Position numbers and translations under genes: made by a program
The notes under the pieces: generated by a model
The model's input: the letters and a program-made list of their open reading frames with translations, nothing else
What the model was told of the DNA's origin: nothing
Databases searched by the model: none
In this document: positions 13,509 to 25,827 of the stretch, one piece after another
Position numbering within the stretch: the stretch's first letter is position 1
Layout: every line of letters starts with the position of its first letter
Assembly: GCA_977862235.1 (NCBI GenBank)
Contig: OZ374560.1
Coordinates: forward strand, 186,001 to 250,000
Source: Dudresnaya verticillata
Lineage: Eukaryota
DNA length: 64,000 bases
Reading direction: 5' to 3'

Positions 13509-13969
13509 TCACCTCCCGCTCCTTATCCTCCTTCTCCTTTCGCAGAAATGCCTTGAACCTATCTCTCTGTTCCCCGTAGTAGGTAAATTTAAGCTCTCTT
13601 TTGAAAACGATTTAGTGGTCTCGGCCATATCATTTCTACGGCTTTCAGTCAGTGCATAAGGCTCTCCGTACACAGTTAAGTAGAATTCGTCGAACACTGT
13701 TCTATCGAATGTGTTCAAACCAACCTCCTTCATTCCCACAACTTTTCGACCTGAGCCAATTGCATCGACAATGTCCTTCACAACTTGACTTTCGCCGATA
13801 CGGGAAACAGTCTCCTTAAACGAATCCCCGCCTCACAGAATGCGCGGACATCGAGCCATGACTGCTGGTATAATTGCTGGTCTCTTTCAGCCCGCGATTC
13901 CGCACCACCATCCAAATCGTGGACGCTTCCTGAGATCTCTTCTTCCTCGATCAGGTCTATTACATCCAA
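13509..13969 (-). pseudogene. Frameshifted ORF of unknown function (MDVIDLIEEEE...)
   Basis: Two overlapping minus-strand ORFs with protein-like composition, no recognised domain. Confidence 0.3.
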
Positions 13970-14943
13970 ACTTTGACTCCAAGGCCCCTGTATTGTATAT
14001 CCTGCACGTTTCTTTTGTCTGCCCTATAGGAAATGAATGTGGAGAGCCTGTGAACCACGACAATAGGAATCCGGGACGGTCCTATTCTGCTCGGGGTCTC
14101 AACCGCGTTTCGCGAGTTGTTGTATCATATCTGAAGCAAATTGGCGCACTTTTAGCACTGATGTCTGTGGGCACGGTGTCACCCAGCACGGTGTCACCCA
14201 GCCTTATCCGTGATGGGACATTCAATTATCGCATTACGCGTAATACGTTCACGAAAGAATCAGTAAATGTGAACAGGGTTGGTTTCAGTGCGGAAAAGGG
14301 ATATCTGTTGGGTATATATGTGTCAATATGACACGTAGGAGCCTAAACACGTTTACGCCCTCTCCATCAAATGAAGCCGGGAGTAATATCTTTGAGAGCG
14401 GCAGTTCTGCATTCCCCAGGGACCCAATTCTCCTTTTTCAGTGCAAGACGTTTAACAGAAGGTCACGCACGAGTTCGTAGGCTTCTGCAATCATAGGAAT
14501 CCTCACCTGCATGCGGGAGACTGTTTAAGATATAGCTGGATAATCTCGCAACGTGTGTATTCATCTGCGATTGCCGGGCTGGTGAACACGTACACATTGA
14601 ATGAACGAGAGTGCCTGCGCAGCCATGGCCATGGACATGTCTGTGTACAGACAACTGCGTACGCGATCCTGCCAGAACTGTACGGTTGTAAATGGGACCC
14701 TGTTTTCCATGGCTGTAAACGGGACACCTGTTTGCCATGGTTGAATCACAGAGCCACTTGGGGCCCTATAGACTAGATCTTAGACCAAATAATTCCTCAG
14801 GTAGGTAGGGAGAGCTGTCCGAAGCTGTCGGAGTCTGTGGCCGATGCTTCCACACCACCAACTGTTGCACAGTCGGTCAACCCATTGAAGCCACGACAAT
14901 CACCACAACTGGATATAGTGAACTGGTACACTACGGCATTACC

Positions 14944-16157
14944 ATGCCGACCAGGAATACGAGTAACTTTCGAGTGAAACCATCGTGGACAAGAAATAGA
15001 AACGGTAGCGCATGCGAAGGAGAACTTTCATCGCAGAATGCCGGAAAGCTGGATATCATGTTCTCAGATTTTATGGAGGGAGCAGTCCACAGGCGTGTCG
15101 ACCCTCACGCATGTATACCACTGACGCATATCAGACCAATTGTTCCCTCCGGCGTGCAGTGCCTGAAGAAGATTTTCAAAGGCTCCGTCAGGAGCAGGCA
15201 GGTACCGTCTGGATCTTCAGGGATGGGACCTGAACAGGTGGGATACGTGTCGGGAAGCTACTTACCAGTTATCGTTCCCCTCACTGGTGCGCTCCGCTCA
15301 TATGCACATATTACTACCGCCAAGTCCGCCTGCCAGACCGTAAGAGACTCACAGATGAACAGGTTAAAGAGAAGGTGGCGTCTAGAACGGATTGGTTTGG
15401 AGTTGTGGGTAGTATGTATCTTTGGACGGCTGTGATTGAGCTTATGGAATCCCATCCCCATTTCTGGAATTATTTCAGCTGGTATGTTCTATGCCTGAGA
15501 GGTGGAGTTGATGTACAAGTCCTACATCAGTTCGGTAGGTATCAAAACCGAACGCACCATGCCTCTTGTTACATAGAGACAACATTCAATGATACTCTTC
15601 GTGGTCTGCGAGAGGAGGCCGACAGGTTGCAGGCCCTAGGAAGTTGCAGGAAGCCAACAGCGCGAGAAATAGCAATTGCATTCTATGGCGGGTCCCATTA
15701 TCATATTAACATCGTTTGTCAAACAGCTCAAACCATGTTGACACTGTCTCGCGCATTAATATCCGCAATTGGTGAGATAATGACAACGGAAGAACCCACT
15801 ACCGCTGCAATTATGACGATGGGTGCGGAGAGCAACGACATGGTCAGCGAACAAATCCTTTCTTCTCTTGATCGTGGCATTTACAGAGACTTCATCCATG
15901 TTTCGTCCTTAAAGTCGGCAATAGCATTTATGAAAGCTGGCGACACAGAAGATGGAATCGAGAGGCGAATAGCCACCCTCACGTGTGTGTGTTTCTCGAC
16001 CAACTCTACCATGGCGCACAACCCGGCTAACATTCCAGAGGCAAACGTGCTTTGTTTCATAGCACGACTGGGGTGGATAAAACGAAGCCGCTGTGAAGTC
16101 AGTAAGCGGTGGCTCGTTCGACAATCACGACGTAGACTTCTGTCCTTGTTGCCTTAA
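14944..16157 (+). pseudogene. Frameshifted gene with possible ParB/Srx-like N-terminal domain
   Basis: IRPIVPSGVQCLK ... PVIVPL ... WFGVVGSMYLWTAVIEL resembles a decayed ParB-like R...P.iv...iiDGxHRxxA pattern. The catalytic motif is not intact. Confidence 0.4.
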
Positions 16158-16391
16158 GATGTATACAGGCTTGAAGAAGGCACTAATGCGTGCCTGTGAA
16201 CATGTGCGAGTCCACCACATGAGACGAGATCTTGCAACGTTGGTCGTCTGTAGAGGCCAAGTTAAATCCAGTTGCAACTGGCGACTGTGGGGCCTTGTCT
16301 ACTTGGCTTTGCTGAGAAAAGAATCCGGCTCGATTTTGCACCTCAGGGCTCGCTTTTCCAGAAGACCGACGTCAACATCCCATTTCCAGTC

Positions 16392-17064
16392 CATAGTGCA
16401 ACGCCCGAGCAGCAGGGGTTGCCCTGACCGGTGTCCGAAGTGGTCCTCCCATGTGTGGTAGCTGGTGCCGGCGGTGAGACCGGCACCCGGGGTGGTAGAG
16501 CTGTGGGACACGGGGTGTGCCCCGGATAGTAGACAGAGCGCGGTCGGGTCGATTGTAAAGCCCCGACCGAGCTGAAGTGGTTCACTACGTGCGTAAACAG
16601 ACCGCCAAGCAAGGGCGTCTAGTAGCAAACACGGCGCGTGCCGGTGTGAAGCGGGTTACGTAGCCCAAGTCGCAAGCGGTGTCGTCACCGGTAGCGAGGA
16701 TGGGGTACCCAGACTTAAAGCAGAGACTTGGCGATTTACTGAGAGGGAGATTTGCCCCGAATACTAAATACTCTCGCGGGGAGGTGCGCGCAAGTGTCAG
16801 GCGCTATGCGCCTGCCACTTCTCACCCGCGCGCCCCGCGAGCTCGCTAAAATATCGCGCTAAAATATGTGAGCAGAGTTACTACGCTCGCACTGTAAATC
16901 AGTGTAATATAAGGGTGCGCATTGCTGTCGCGCACCCGATCGAAGGCGCCCTCGCATATGCACGGCGCGCGCGTGCGCGTGTGAAACGTGGGTGAATGCT
17001 CTCACGTGCGTGCGTGTAAAACAGCGGGCGTCCGCGAAAAAGTGCGATGAGTCCCTGCACTACA
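16392..17064 (-). mobile_element. Solo LTR (673 bp) with 5-bp TSD CAGTC
   Basis: Minus strand begins TGTAGTGCAG at 17064 and ends GTTGCACTATG (CA decayed to TG). CAGTC at 16387-16391 and 17065-17069. Confidence 0.85.
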
Positions 17065-17069
17065 CAGTC

Positions 17070-17720
17070 CGCCCTTTATGGAACATCGGACGCATCAACA
17101 GTGAACTTGAACACCGAAAATGAAATCAAAGCAACCGCCAGGGCCCTTCTTAGTGACGCGCGCGGGAGCTAGTACACCGCTGCTGAGCTCACTGTGCGTA
17201 AGCCCAGCGCGCTGGCCTGGGCTTACCGCGGTATCATCAACGCGCGTTCCAACAACCTTCTCTTTCAGTTCCAACATATGGACTGCCACGGGCAATACCG
17301 GACCGTTCTTCCGTTTCTTGTTCTGAGATACATCCGCTTGCACAACAACGCCCACCGGACGGCCCATGCGTAATTCCCCTTCTCTCTCGCCGAAGGGAAG
17401 AAAGTCAGTGTGCGGCACACCAGACCCGAACGTCAATACATAGCCATGGGCGTCAACTTTGCGCACAACTGGGTACAGAACCGAGCTGCAGCGCGTGACG
17501 CGCTTTTCAGACAAGCCTGGATTAACGAGCTCCGGCTCCATGGAAGAAGTCACGGCTCGCTTCCTATGGGAATTATGCTCGGTCAATACAACAACCACAC
17601 GCGCAATCTCCCCCGTGCTAATCACCTCCCAAAGCGGCACTGGGGCACCCTCCTCCGACTCATTGCCATCCGAGCCATCAGCAGACATAGCATCGATATT
17701 AGAGTCCTCGTCCGACGCCG
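17070..17720 (-). pseudogene. RRP5: Fragment of rRNA biogenesis protein RRP5 (tandem S1 domains)
   Basis: SMEPELVNPGL..VLYPVVRKVDAHGYVLTFG..DFLP..LRMGRPV..LSSGVLAPARV matches the RRP5 N-terminal S1 pattern (SLxPxxVNxGL..VxSxEDHGYxxxFG..GFL). Both ends are missing and the solo LTR interrupts it. Confidence 0.7.
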
Positions 17721-18588
17721 AATGTTGTCCTTGCAATGGCAGAACAGGCTTTGCAGCAGAAGGCGTGGGGTCAGATGCAATTAAGACCACATCGGTCGGG
17801 GCACTTTGGGTGTAAGCCCGGCGGGAGGGCGAAGTGGAATGCGCTGACACTGTTGATATCATTGTAGAAGATTGCAAGGGCCGAAACAATTCGTCTGATG
17901 AGTCCGACGACTAAAAAGTTGAAGAGCTGCTTTCACGTAGAGTCTCGATCTTGCGAAGCTCTTGGTTTCCTGATCTCTCACAAGAAGACATATGTAGATG
18001 ACAGTCCACGGACCGATATGAAATAAGTTGGTTTTGGTCATTTCTGTTCGTGCAGGCATGGTCGCAGCAAAGTTTCATAGGGATATTGGTCATCTCGTTC
18101 CAGAATTCTATTAACACGCATGGTAGCGACAACTCCGCCGGAATCAAAACATTGTGCTTCATAGAGATTATGGGGGCTCCGACAGGGATACACCATGACC
18201 ACAAAAAGGAAACTTACTTCTGGTGTTTCAAATACTGTAGCATCTCCTGCATTTCATGAGATTGACATCTCTCCTCGTTCGCTGTCATGTATAGAATGCA
18301 GCCTCCCCTTGAAACCAAAATCGCCTGCTTTAGGTTGCACTTTGTCAGCATACACAGTTATGCACCCAAACTATGTTTGTTCATCTCTCAGTCCTCGTTT
18401 GTGGTCGACTGTTGCTCGCTTTCTAACATCCTAACTACTTGGTTCATCATGGATCGTGTGTACGGAATTTCAATACGGTCTGGCACCCCGACTGGGGTCC
18501 GTTCAATCTTGCTCCTCCTGCCCGACACTTCGCTCTTAAGCACAGCAAGCAACGCAAAAATTGCCCCTGTAGAGATTATTTGGCTTCA

Positions 18589-19182
18589 CTATTGTAATGC
18601 TGCTTGCTGTTCTGCGTTCTTAGAACCAAGAATGTCTTGACGTGTCCGCATCATAGCACCCTCTCCGCTGGTGCTCGCATTACGAGAAGGTGAAGCTTTC
18701 GAGAGATTGTAAGGAGGTGGCGGAGTGAGTGAAGTGTTTACTAGCGCTCCGTTCGATTGAATATCCGCAGGGGTCTTCCCTGTACTTGCGTCTGTACTTG
18801 TTGAACGACCTACGGTAGGCCGTGAGTCTGCCATGTGGGCCGAATGTCTGTCTGGACGATAAAACACTCCACCATTTGAACGCCACCCAGTTTTGTCTGC
18901 TCCTATCTCTCTTGTCCCACTTTCCTCTCCTGAACTGTTGATTTCGAGAACTCTCTTCATTGTTCGTCGAAATGCTTTGCGATAGATGGTAGTCGGGTTG
19001 TCTACAAGGGATTTTCTGAGCTGTCTTATCGTAAAAGCGACAGAACAGTTCAGAATTCTGGTTGTGCCAAACAGAATTCTGCGGCCAATCAAACAGCCTC
19101 CTATTGTGATTGTATCGCGAATGTGTGGTGGAAAGCCCATTACCAGTACCTCCCACGCCAAATCCTGGTTCACCTCAATCAC
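18589..19182 (-). CDS. Hypothetical ORF divergent from the transposase
   Basis: 197-codon open frame only, no motif. Confidence 0.2.
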   Translation of the reverse strand: MIEVNQDLAWEVLVMGFPPHIRDTITIGGCLIGRRILFGTTRILNCSVAFTIRQLRKSLVDNPTTIYRKAFRRTMKRVLEINSSGEESGTREIGADKTGWRSNGGVFYRPDRHSAHMADSRPTVGRSTSTDASTGKTPADIQSNGALVNTSLTPPPPYNLSKASPSRNASTSGEGAMMRTRQDILGSKNAEQQAALQ

Positions 19183-19363
19183 GGAAGGCCTAAACCGTCA
19201 CCACTTGGTTTTGTGCGACTCCGAACCGTGCGCCAGTGCATTTTGGTAAACAGCGTCCTGCACACCTCTTCCAGCGCCATTGTCGCACACTGCACCTAGT
19301 CTTTGCAGATAAATCCCTTTCCGTTGATCGCCATTATTCTGAACGCGGCCATACGCGCTTTCG

Positions 19364-22300
19364 TTGCGCCCGTCGAGTTGCGCTGCTCACGCGCACATCA
19401 TTGACATCGAGGAGGATGGGGATAGGATAGTAAATATCTTTTTGAAAGGCAGGAAGGTGGGGTGGGCGAGAATCTTGAAGCCGGTGATTCCCTCAAGGGC
19501 AGAGAATAGTGTGAAGTACTGCGTTGTGCTGCACAATCACGAACTCTGCAATCAGCAGAAGAAGGGGCAGTTCCTGGTTTTTGTTCGTAACGTTGAAATC
19601 GAGAAGGAATACACCGCCCGCAAGTATCCATATACCTACAAAAGCCTTGACACCGTTCCAGACAGACTTAACGAGCTGGCCGGCGGTTTCCACGCCTGGT
19701 ATTTGCACATTATGCGCGAGCGTCGTACCCCACGTGGGGATCAGGCTAGTTCCGAGCGATCCGTTCCAAGTCTTCCAACTCCGCGAGCGTCTTTGGTGTC
19801 CAGAAAGGCCTTGTCGGCAGATGGTTATGTCGAGGAGGACAGTGTTGGATCCAGTCAGCTTCTAGTCCACACCCCGAAGCAGCGACCCAAGATGCGCCCC
19901 CGCCCCAAAAATCCAGCTTCACGCCCGGTGTTACCCACGGCAGCGACAATCGATGCTAACAGATTCCGCTTCCGAAGCAGGAGCTGCCAGTCTGGGCCAG
20001 GGAATAAACGTTCACTGTCGCCAAGGGCGCCCTTCGCGTCGAAGAGAACGCATCCCACAGTCAGCCGGAGGGTGTCTACAGACGGCTCCGAGTCACCTTC
20101 GTACCCTGAATCTGCATCAGAATATGAAACGCCCTCCCATGCTACATCGGAGAGCGAGGACTCGGGCGAAGAAGCTGAAGGGGATTTCGGTACCGGGAAC
20201 GCGCGCGGCTATCGTCGTTCCTTGCCCAAGATAATGAAGGGGAACGGGAAGGATGAACTACCCTCGGATGCAGGTGATGAACAGGGAGATCGTGGGTTGT
20301 CTCGAGGTGCACAGGATGCCGATGAAAATGTCGATGATGTCGAACAGAATCCTGAACGACCTTCCGGTGATCATTCCGCTAGAAATGCTCGTGGGAAGCG
20401 CAGTGGGACGGAAAAGCCGAAGAGTGAAGGGTTGCTGCTGGCCCGGAGGAAGAAACGTTTGCGCAAGTTGGAGAACGGAGATATGAAGTGGATTAATTGC
20501 CGTACCCGCAAATGTTTCTCTAGCATGGAGCAGATATTTGTTCGGGTGGAAGCGAGACGCGCTGTGCTTATGGGTGCAGAGGATCGACGTTCTTACTTAC
20601 AGACATTATTGCAAGGGAACAAGTTATACTTCTCCGCCGTTGCCGTGTGCTATGTATTCCTCCATGAGGTATTTGCATTCTCACGAGACTTTCAGGTGTC
20701 CGTGAAGGAAATACCGCAAATTCGTAAGCTGGACTGCGTGCAGGGAGGATCGCCGGGCGTCGCTGGCGACCAACGTGATATTGTTGTTACTTTTCTGGAG
20801 CGACTTGCATAGGCGTTGATGGACTGCATGCCAGACAGTGAGGAGGTTCACCTTTGTTTCTTCAAAAAGAAGGCTGTTTACGAAATTTATGTCGTAGAGC
20901 ATCGCAAACTCTACACGGATCGTAGCCCTGCATTGATAAGCTACTTCTACGACATTTGGCAAAAGCACTGCAGTCATTTCAAAGCCCGGAAAGTGCACAG
21001 GTTCACCAAGTTTACCGAATGTGAGCACATCCGGGACTTGTTAGCGAATTCTGGGACCAATTTGCGTACCACCGACGAACTTCGTACACGCCGTAACAAG
21101 CATCTTGATATGGTATGGAAGGAGCGGAGGGAATAGAGGAAGAAGACAGAGATGGCTGCACTTTATTCGACAGAAATCTGTTCGCTTATAATTGATGGAG
21201 CGGACCAGTCCGCCTTTGGGCTTCCAGACTTCCCTGTGAACGTGAAGACCACGGATTTCATGCGATTAAGGCCACAATAGTGGGTGTTTTGGAGCATGGA
21301 GCCACCAAACAGCTCTATTTACACTCAAGGACTGCCGAGTTCGAAACCGGGGCTAACCATATAATCGAAGCTCTCCACAGAGTGTTCATAATCAAGAAGG
21401 ACAGGTCGGAACTGAGGGGGACTCTCTACTTGCAGGTAGAAAATTGCTCAAGGGAAAACAAGAATACATTCCTGATGTCGTATTGTGAATGTTTGGTTAC
21501 CTGCGGAGTCGTTAAGGAGGTCCATGTGTCGTTCCTGCTCATCGGACACACGCACGCAGACATTGACCAGGCATTTATCTGCGCACATGGAAGACTGAAG
21601 GCCAACGATGCAGTCACTATGGATTATTTGTTTGAGGCGTTGACGAAATCCTACACTCCGCAGCCCATTACAAACCGCCTATTGCACATAGAAGACTTCT
21701 CTGGACTTTACAAGGCTGAGAAGTGCATTGGTAAGATCCAATCCTTTGCGCATTACCGATTCTTCAAGTTCCACTGAGTGGTTGGAGTGTCCACGGCAAA
21801 TGTGACATTCAATACAGGCTGCCAGGTCAAGATTTGTTGCAGTGATGAGTTTGTCCCCCCAAACAACAATCAAACCGGATTCATTCTGTTAGTGCCGGAC
21901 TTCAAGATAACCCCCGACACTCCTGCTCTTACTCCCCGGGATGTTAAAGAGTTCAACGACCGCTTGAGGACAGAAGAGCCGCGCATCAATAGCACTGTGA
22001 AGATGAGGTCGCTACGAGAGCTTCGAGATCGCGTAAACAGGGACAGGGAGGAGCCATTTCATTGGAATCTGGGTGAAGCTTTCGAGCTTAACGGGACCTG
22101 GAAGACTGAAGATGGGGTTGTAGAGGAGGAGGTGGTCGACGGGGAAGGTATCGAAATGCCTGCCACCAAGCCTACTGCAGACCTTACCTACACGAAGAAC
22201 AGCTTCGTAGCACTGGGCCCTGATCCCCGCGACTAGAAAGACAAGTACAACATCCCGTTTTGGATAGCGCAGGTCACGGACCTTTTCGAGACCCAGGATA

Positions 22301-22515
22301 CTAATGTCGTGGAGATGTTGAGCGTTCAATGGTACGAGGTTCGTGAGAATGAGGGACCATGGACGGGAAGTTACAAACCCTGCTTTCTCTGCAGCAGACT
22401 GTGGAAAGAAATAATCTCCGTCGACATGGTTCTGGTGCAGTTCCCGGCCCTTAACAAGGCAAAGATACCAGTCGCGGCTAGAAACAAGATAAGGGAAGCC
22501 CTGCAGGTGTCGTGA
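19364..22515 (+). mobile_element. Sola-superfamily (Sola1-like) DDD transposase pseudogene
   Basis: DCMPD, RFTKFTECE, IIDGADQ (~21190), LYLQVENCSRENKN (expected DNC is ENC), FLLIGHTHADIDQAF. Stops at 20810, 21134, 21775, 22234 and a frameshift near 21260. Confidence 0.8.
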
Positions 22516-23040
22516 CGAGCAGCTCACGGCGTGCCATCCTTTACAGCTCGTGCAGTGTACGAACTTAGTAAACAGAATCGTGCTATGGAACACTTCAGAG
22601 TATAGATACATTCTCGCCGTATGTGTGCTCAGGTGAGCCATGAGGCCTTCATAGAAAGCTGCAAACGAAATGCCGCGCGAGTCTGGTAGTTATGCAGGCT
22701 CTGTGGACAAGGATATGCACGCACGTGCGACTTCGTAGTCCGCATCGCGTGAAGGTTAGGCGCGCTGGTCGCCGTGGAAGCTGCTACTAGTCGGCGCCAA
22801 AATCTGCACGAGGGCACTGGGTCTGTCTTGAAGGACCGACGAGAGAGAGCAGGAGGCGGCGTTGTGATCGTAGGTGCGGAGGGTCGCAGGACGATGAAAA
22901 CAAAGATTGAGCGTTTATTGAACTAACTCATCGTAAACCAAAAGGTGAACTGTGTTTGTCTCGCACTTGATACAGCTAACCGCTTCGCGTCGTACCGGAC
23001 AACCTTGAATAGTTGCGATGTTTTGATGGCTGGGAGGGTG

Positions 23041-23327
23041 GGAGAACGCGTACCGGATGAACTTGCCGGGCGGTGCATGCCTGGTGGGCACCAAGGGTTA
23101 ATACCTGTGAGAGGTTCCATCCTCGCGCGAGGCTGGAACTTTCTCGGCATGAGACACAGTGTGCCGTAGTTCGCTGTTGAAGATATCAACAGCTCAAACT
23201 GTCGCTGGCTGCATGCGTGGCCACAGTAAGCAGCAAGCACAAGCCGCGGTACGTTCTGCAGGGTTCACTACTTCCTTCTCTCATGTTTTCAACCTTGTAA
23301 ACTAACATCGTATACATTTGCTGAAAA
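23041..23327. repeat. Direct repeat, copy 1
   Basis: GGAGAACGCGTACCGG...TTGCTGAAAA, colinear with 25541-25827. Confidence 0.95.
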
Positions 23328-23377
23328 TCCCGAAGCGGAGCTGTTGTGCATCGAAAGATGAAAAACAGCAGCGGAGG

Positions 23378-24461
23378 CTACTGCGGGGAAGGATGCTGGA
23401 TGCGAGGCACCAGCATCCGGAAATATTCCTGCATATCAGGGCTGAGATGCAGGCGCCCATCGAAGTAAACATTCAGTACCATACGGTCATCTCGCCAACC
23501 ACCACGCTGTATGATGACTGGCATACGGACACCCTTCAAAACCAATGCTGTTACGCTGCCACTTCTTAAACTGTGAGAAGAATAAAGCACATAGGGGGTG
23601 CTTCGACGTGAAAATGACCTAGAATTTCTTGCAGGGCCATCCTAACCTGCTGAGGGTTAGGAACATGTCCTTCACAGGCCCAGTATGGGTCAGCAGATGG
23701 ATCTGACATTCTCGTCCCGGCATATCGTAGTTGAAGCGCAAGTGAATTTCCATATGGATCATTAGGTAAGCCTGTCATGGAATCAAGAATAGTTGCAGGG
23801 TATCCACACATTAGCGACCCTTCACAGAACGAGGTCGAGCGATCAGACGGATTGCAGGAAGACCGTTTGTCACGAGGTGACTGAAGGGCACATCACCGTT
23901 CATGACAGTACGAACAGAGCTCTCTCGCCACGCCCTGATGTATGGGAATTCTATCAAAGCGGCGTCTCTTTCCCACGCAATGCCAGGCGGCTGTTGCAGG
24001 CCAAAGCTTCTGACAGCAGCCACCGCGGAAGCCGGAATCGCTGCTCGGACATCTTGCAAGTTTCCGCGTGCATCATCCTCACGTTTGAAAGCTCGTAAGA
24101 GATCACGTTGAGGTTGTCCTGTGCATGGGTCAGAGTGGTTAGCACGAGCATGCTGAGTTCGGATTGTGGAGATGTAGTGATCTACGGAAGCTCCGTGAAC
24201 TCTGTCTTCCTCAAAGAGACACCGGATGTATGCGAGAATAGTTCCCACTGTAGCTGGAAGTGCCATATGACCTTCACGTGTGCAAAATGTTACAAACTTG
24301 TTCCACTGACTACTCTTGGTTCTCAAGGTTCTGTCGACCAGTGCACTGCCCGCTAGGCGGATCGATGCTCGTCCTCCGGCAGTCTCGGGAACATTTGCGG
24401 CAACAGAGCTCGAGATTGCTCGCTGGACCGCAAGCCGACTTCTGCTATTTCCAGATCCCAT
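23378..24461 (-). pseudogene. Tyrosine recombinase
   Basis: N-terminal WNKFVTFC..YISTIRTQH, RDAA..AWRESS, SVKGR, SSHSLRSG, RGGW, NVYFD. Stop at 23811 and frameshifts. Confidence 0.9.
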
Positions 24462-24507
24462 CGTGGTTGGCCGTAGCCGGAGTCGAATAGGGACGCGGAT
24501 CCCGACT

Positions 24508-24843
24508 TCAGTACTTGGCTGGCGATGCGAATTGACCGAAGTATCTGATGTAGGAGCCCTTGCGCAGCTGTTCCATAGCGTAGGACTTTCGTATCTCTTG
24601 ATATATTCCCGCTTCGCATCCATCTACCAGATCCTTCCATCCAAAAGCCAAATCGTCCTCGGATTGGGGAATGCTGGGAAGAAAGCCACCTTCTACGAAT
24701 GGTTGAGACGGCAGATCCCAGATTCCGAACAAAATCGTACGGATGATGAAGTCCGTCGCACCGATCTTTGTCCATCGTCGCGCTTTTCTCATCGGATCGG
24801 CCCATCGTGTGTCCTCCCATGAACGTTGATCTATGGATTCCAT
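24508..24843 (-). pseudogene. N-terminal stub of DIRS-type RT ORF (RT/RNase H core deleted)
   Basis: WTKIGATDFIIRTILFG..GIYQEI resembles the DIRS pre-RT segment and breaks near 24546. No YxDD motif follows. Confidence 0.6.
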
Positions 24844-25490
24844 TACTGCTTCCTTCCGTGGTCTGAATTCGGGCCTGAAGAATTGCCCGAGTCCGGTTTC
24901 TCAGTTGCAGTGCGTGCCAAAGACACAGCGGTTTCAACCGCAACCTTTGCCGAGAGCTCCTTGAACACGGTGGCGTACGTGCTAGATTGGATATGTGAAT
25001 GCTGGGCTTCCACCTTCGTCTCGACGAGGCCGGCAATTTGTCGAGCGACGGCTCTTCCTTTGGTAAGAGAAGTTTGGAAATGAGCGGTCCGCATTGCCAA
25101 ACGTTCCATGCTAGCAAGCAGAGAAAGTTCGACAATAAACAACAGACGACCCTGTTGTTCAGCGGATGTAGCGTGCTTGAAGAGATCAAGCGCACACAAG
25201 GCCTGCTCGACCCAAGTTCCGCAGCTGTGTATATATTCAAATTCCTTCCCGTTTCTCCTGTCCTGCTTGAGCGTCTCACATTAGAGCGGAGTATCAGGCC
25301 GATAGCAGGATGATTGGTTGGGCTGAATAAGTGCCCCTCGGGGCCACAATGCAGTCCTGCCCACCAAGGAGTCAGTGAGAAGTGTATTAATAACACGGCT
25401 ATAGTCCTCGGGGTCCGCTGCCTTCATGAGATTTGCATTGAAAGCAATTTTTTGGCTAGCAGCAGTACTAGCCGGAGGAGGATCAGACAT
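24843..25490 (-). pseudogene. gag-like ORF1 of the YR element
   Basis: MSDPPPAS...GRKQ with one internal stop (25281). First ORF after the repeat; its TAA overlaps the next ATG (TAATG). Confidence 0.55.
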
Positions 25491-25540
25491 TGGTTTGATG
25501 CGTTCCCACTCGTCGATGGGCGTCACACCAGTGCGCGTGC

Positions 25541-25827
25541 GGAGAACGCGTACCGGGTGAACTTGCCGGGCGGTACATGCCTTCTGGGCACCATGGGTTA
25601 ATACCTGTGACAGTTTCCATCCTCGTGTGAGGCTGGAACGTTCTCGGCTTGAGACACAGTGTGCCGTAGTTAGCTGTTGAAGATATAAACAGCTTAAACT
25701 GTCGCTGGCTGCATCCGTGGCCACAGTAAGCAGCAAGCACTAGCCGCGGTACGTTCTGCAGGGTTCACTACTTCCTGTCTCTCATGTTTTCAACCTTGCA
25801 AACTAACAGCGTCTACACTTGCTGAAA
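25541..25827. repeat. Direct repeat, copy 2
   Basis: Offset exactly 2500 bp from copy 1, with scattered substitutions. Confidence 0.95.

Larger units (their letters stand above)
23041..25827 (-). mobile_element. Internally deleted tyrosine-recombinase (DIRS-like) retroelement bounded by direct repeats
   Basis: 287-bp direct repeats enclose a gag-like ORF, an RT-ORF stub and a tyrosine recombinase. Confidence 0.85.

Noticed and set aside
17879..17905. Hammerhead-like GAAAC and CTGATGAG
   Set aside because: Too few bases between the motifs to form stems I and III, and stem II is mismatched.
23378..24461. Phage or bacterial integrase contamination
   Set aside because: Linked to a gag-like ORF and DIRS-type RT stub inside direct repeats among eukaryotic TEs.
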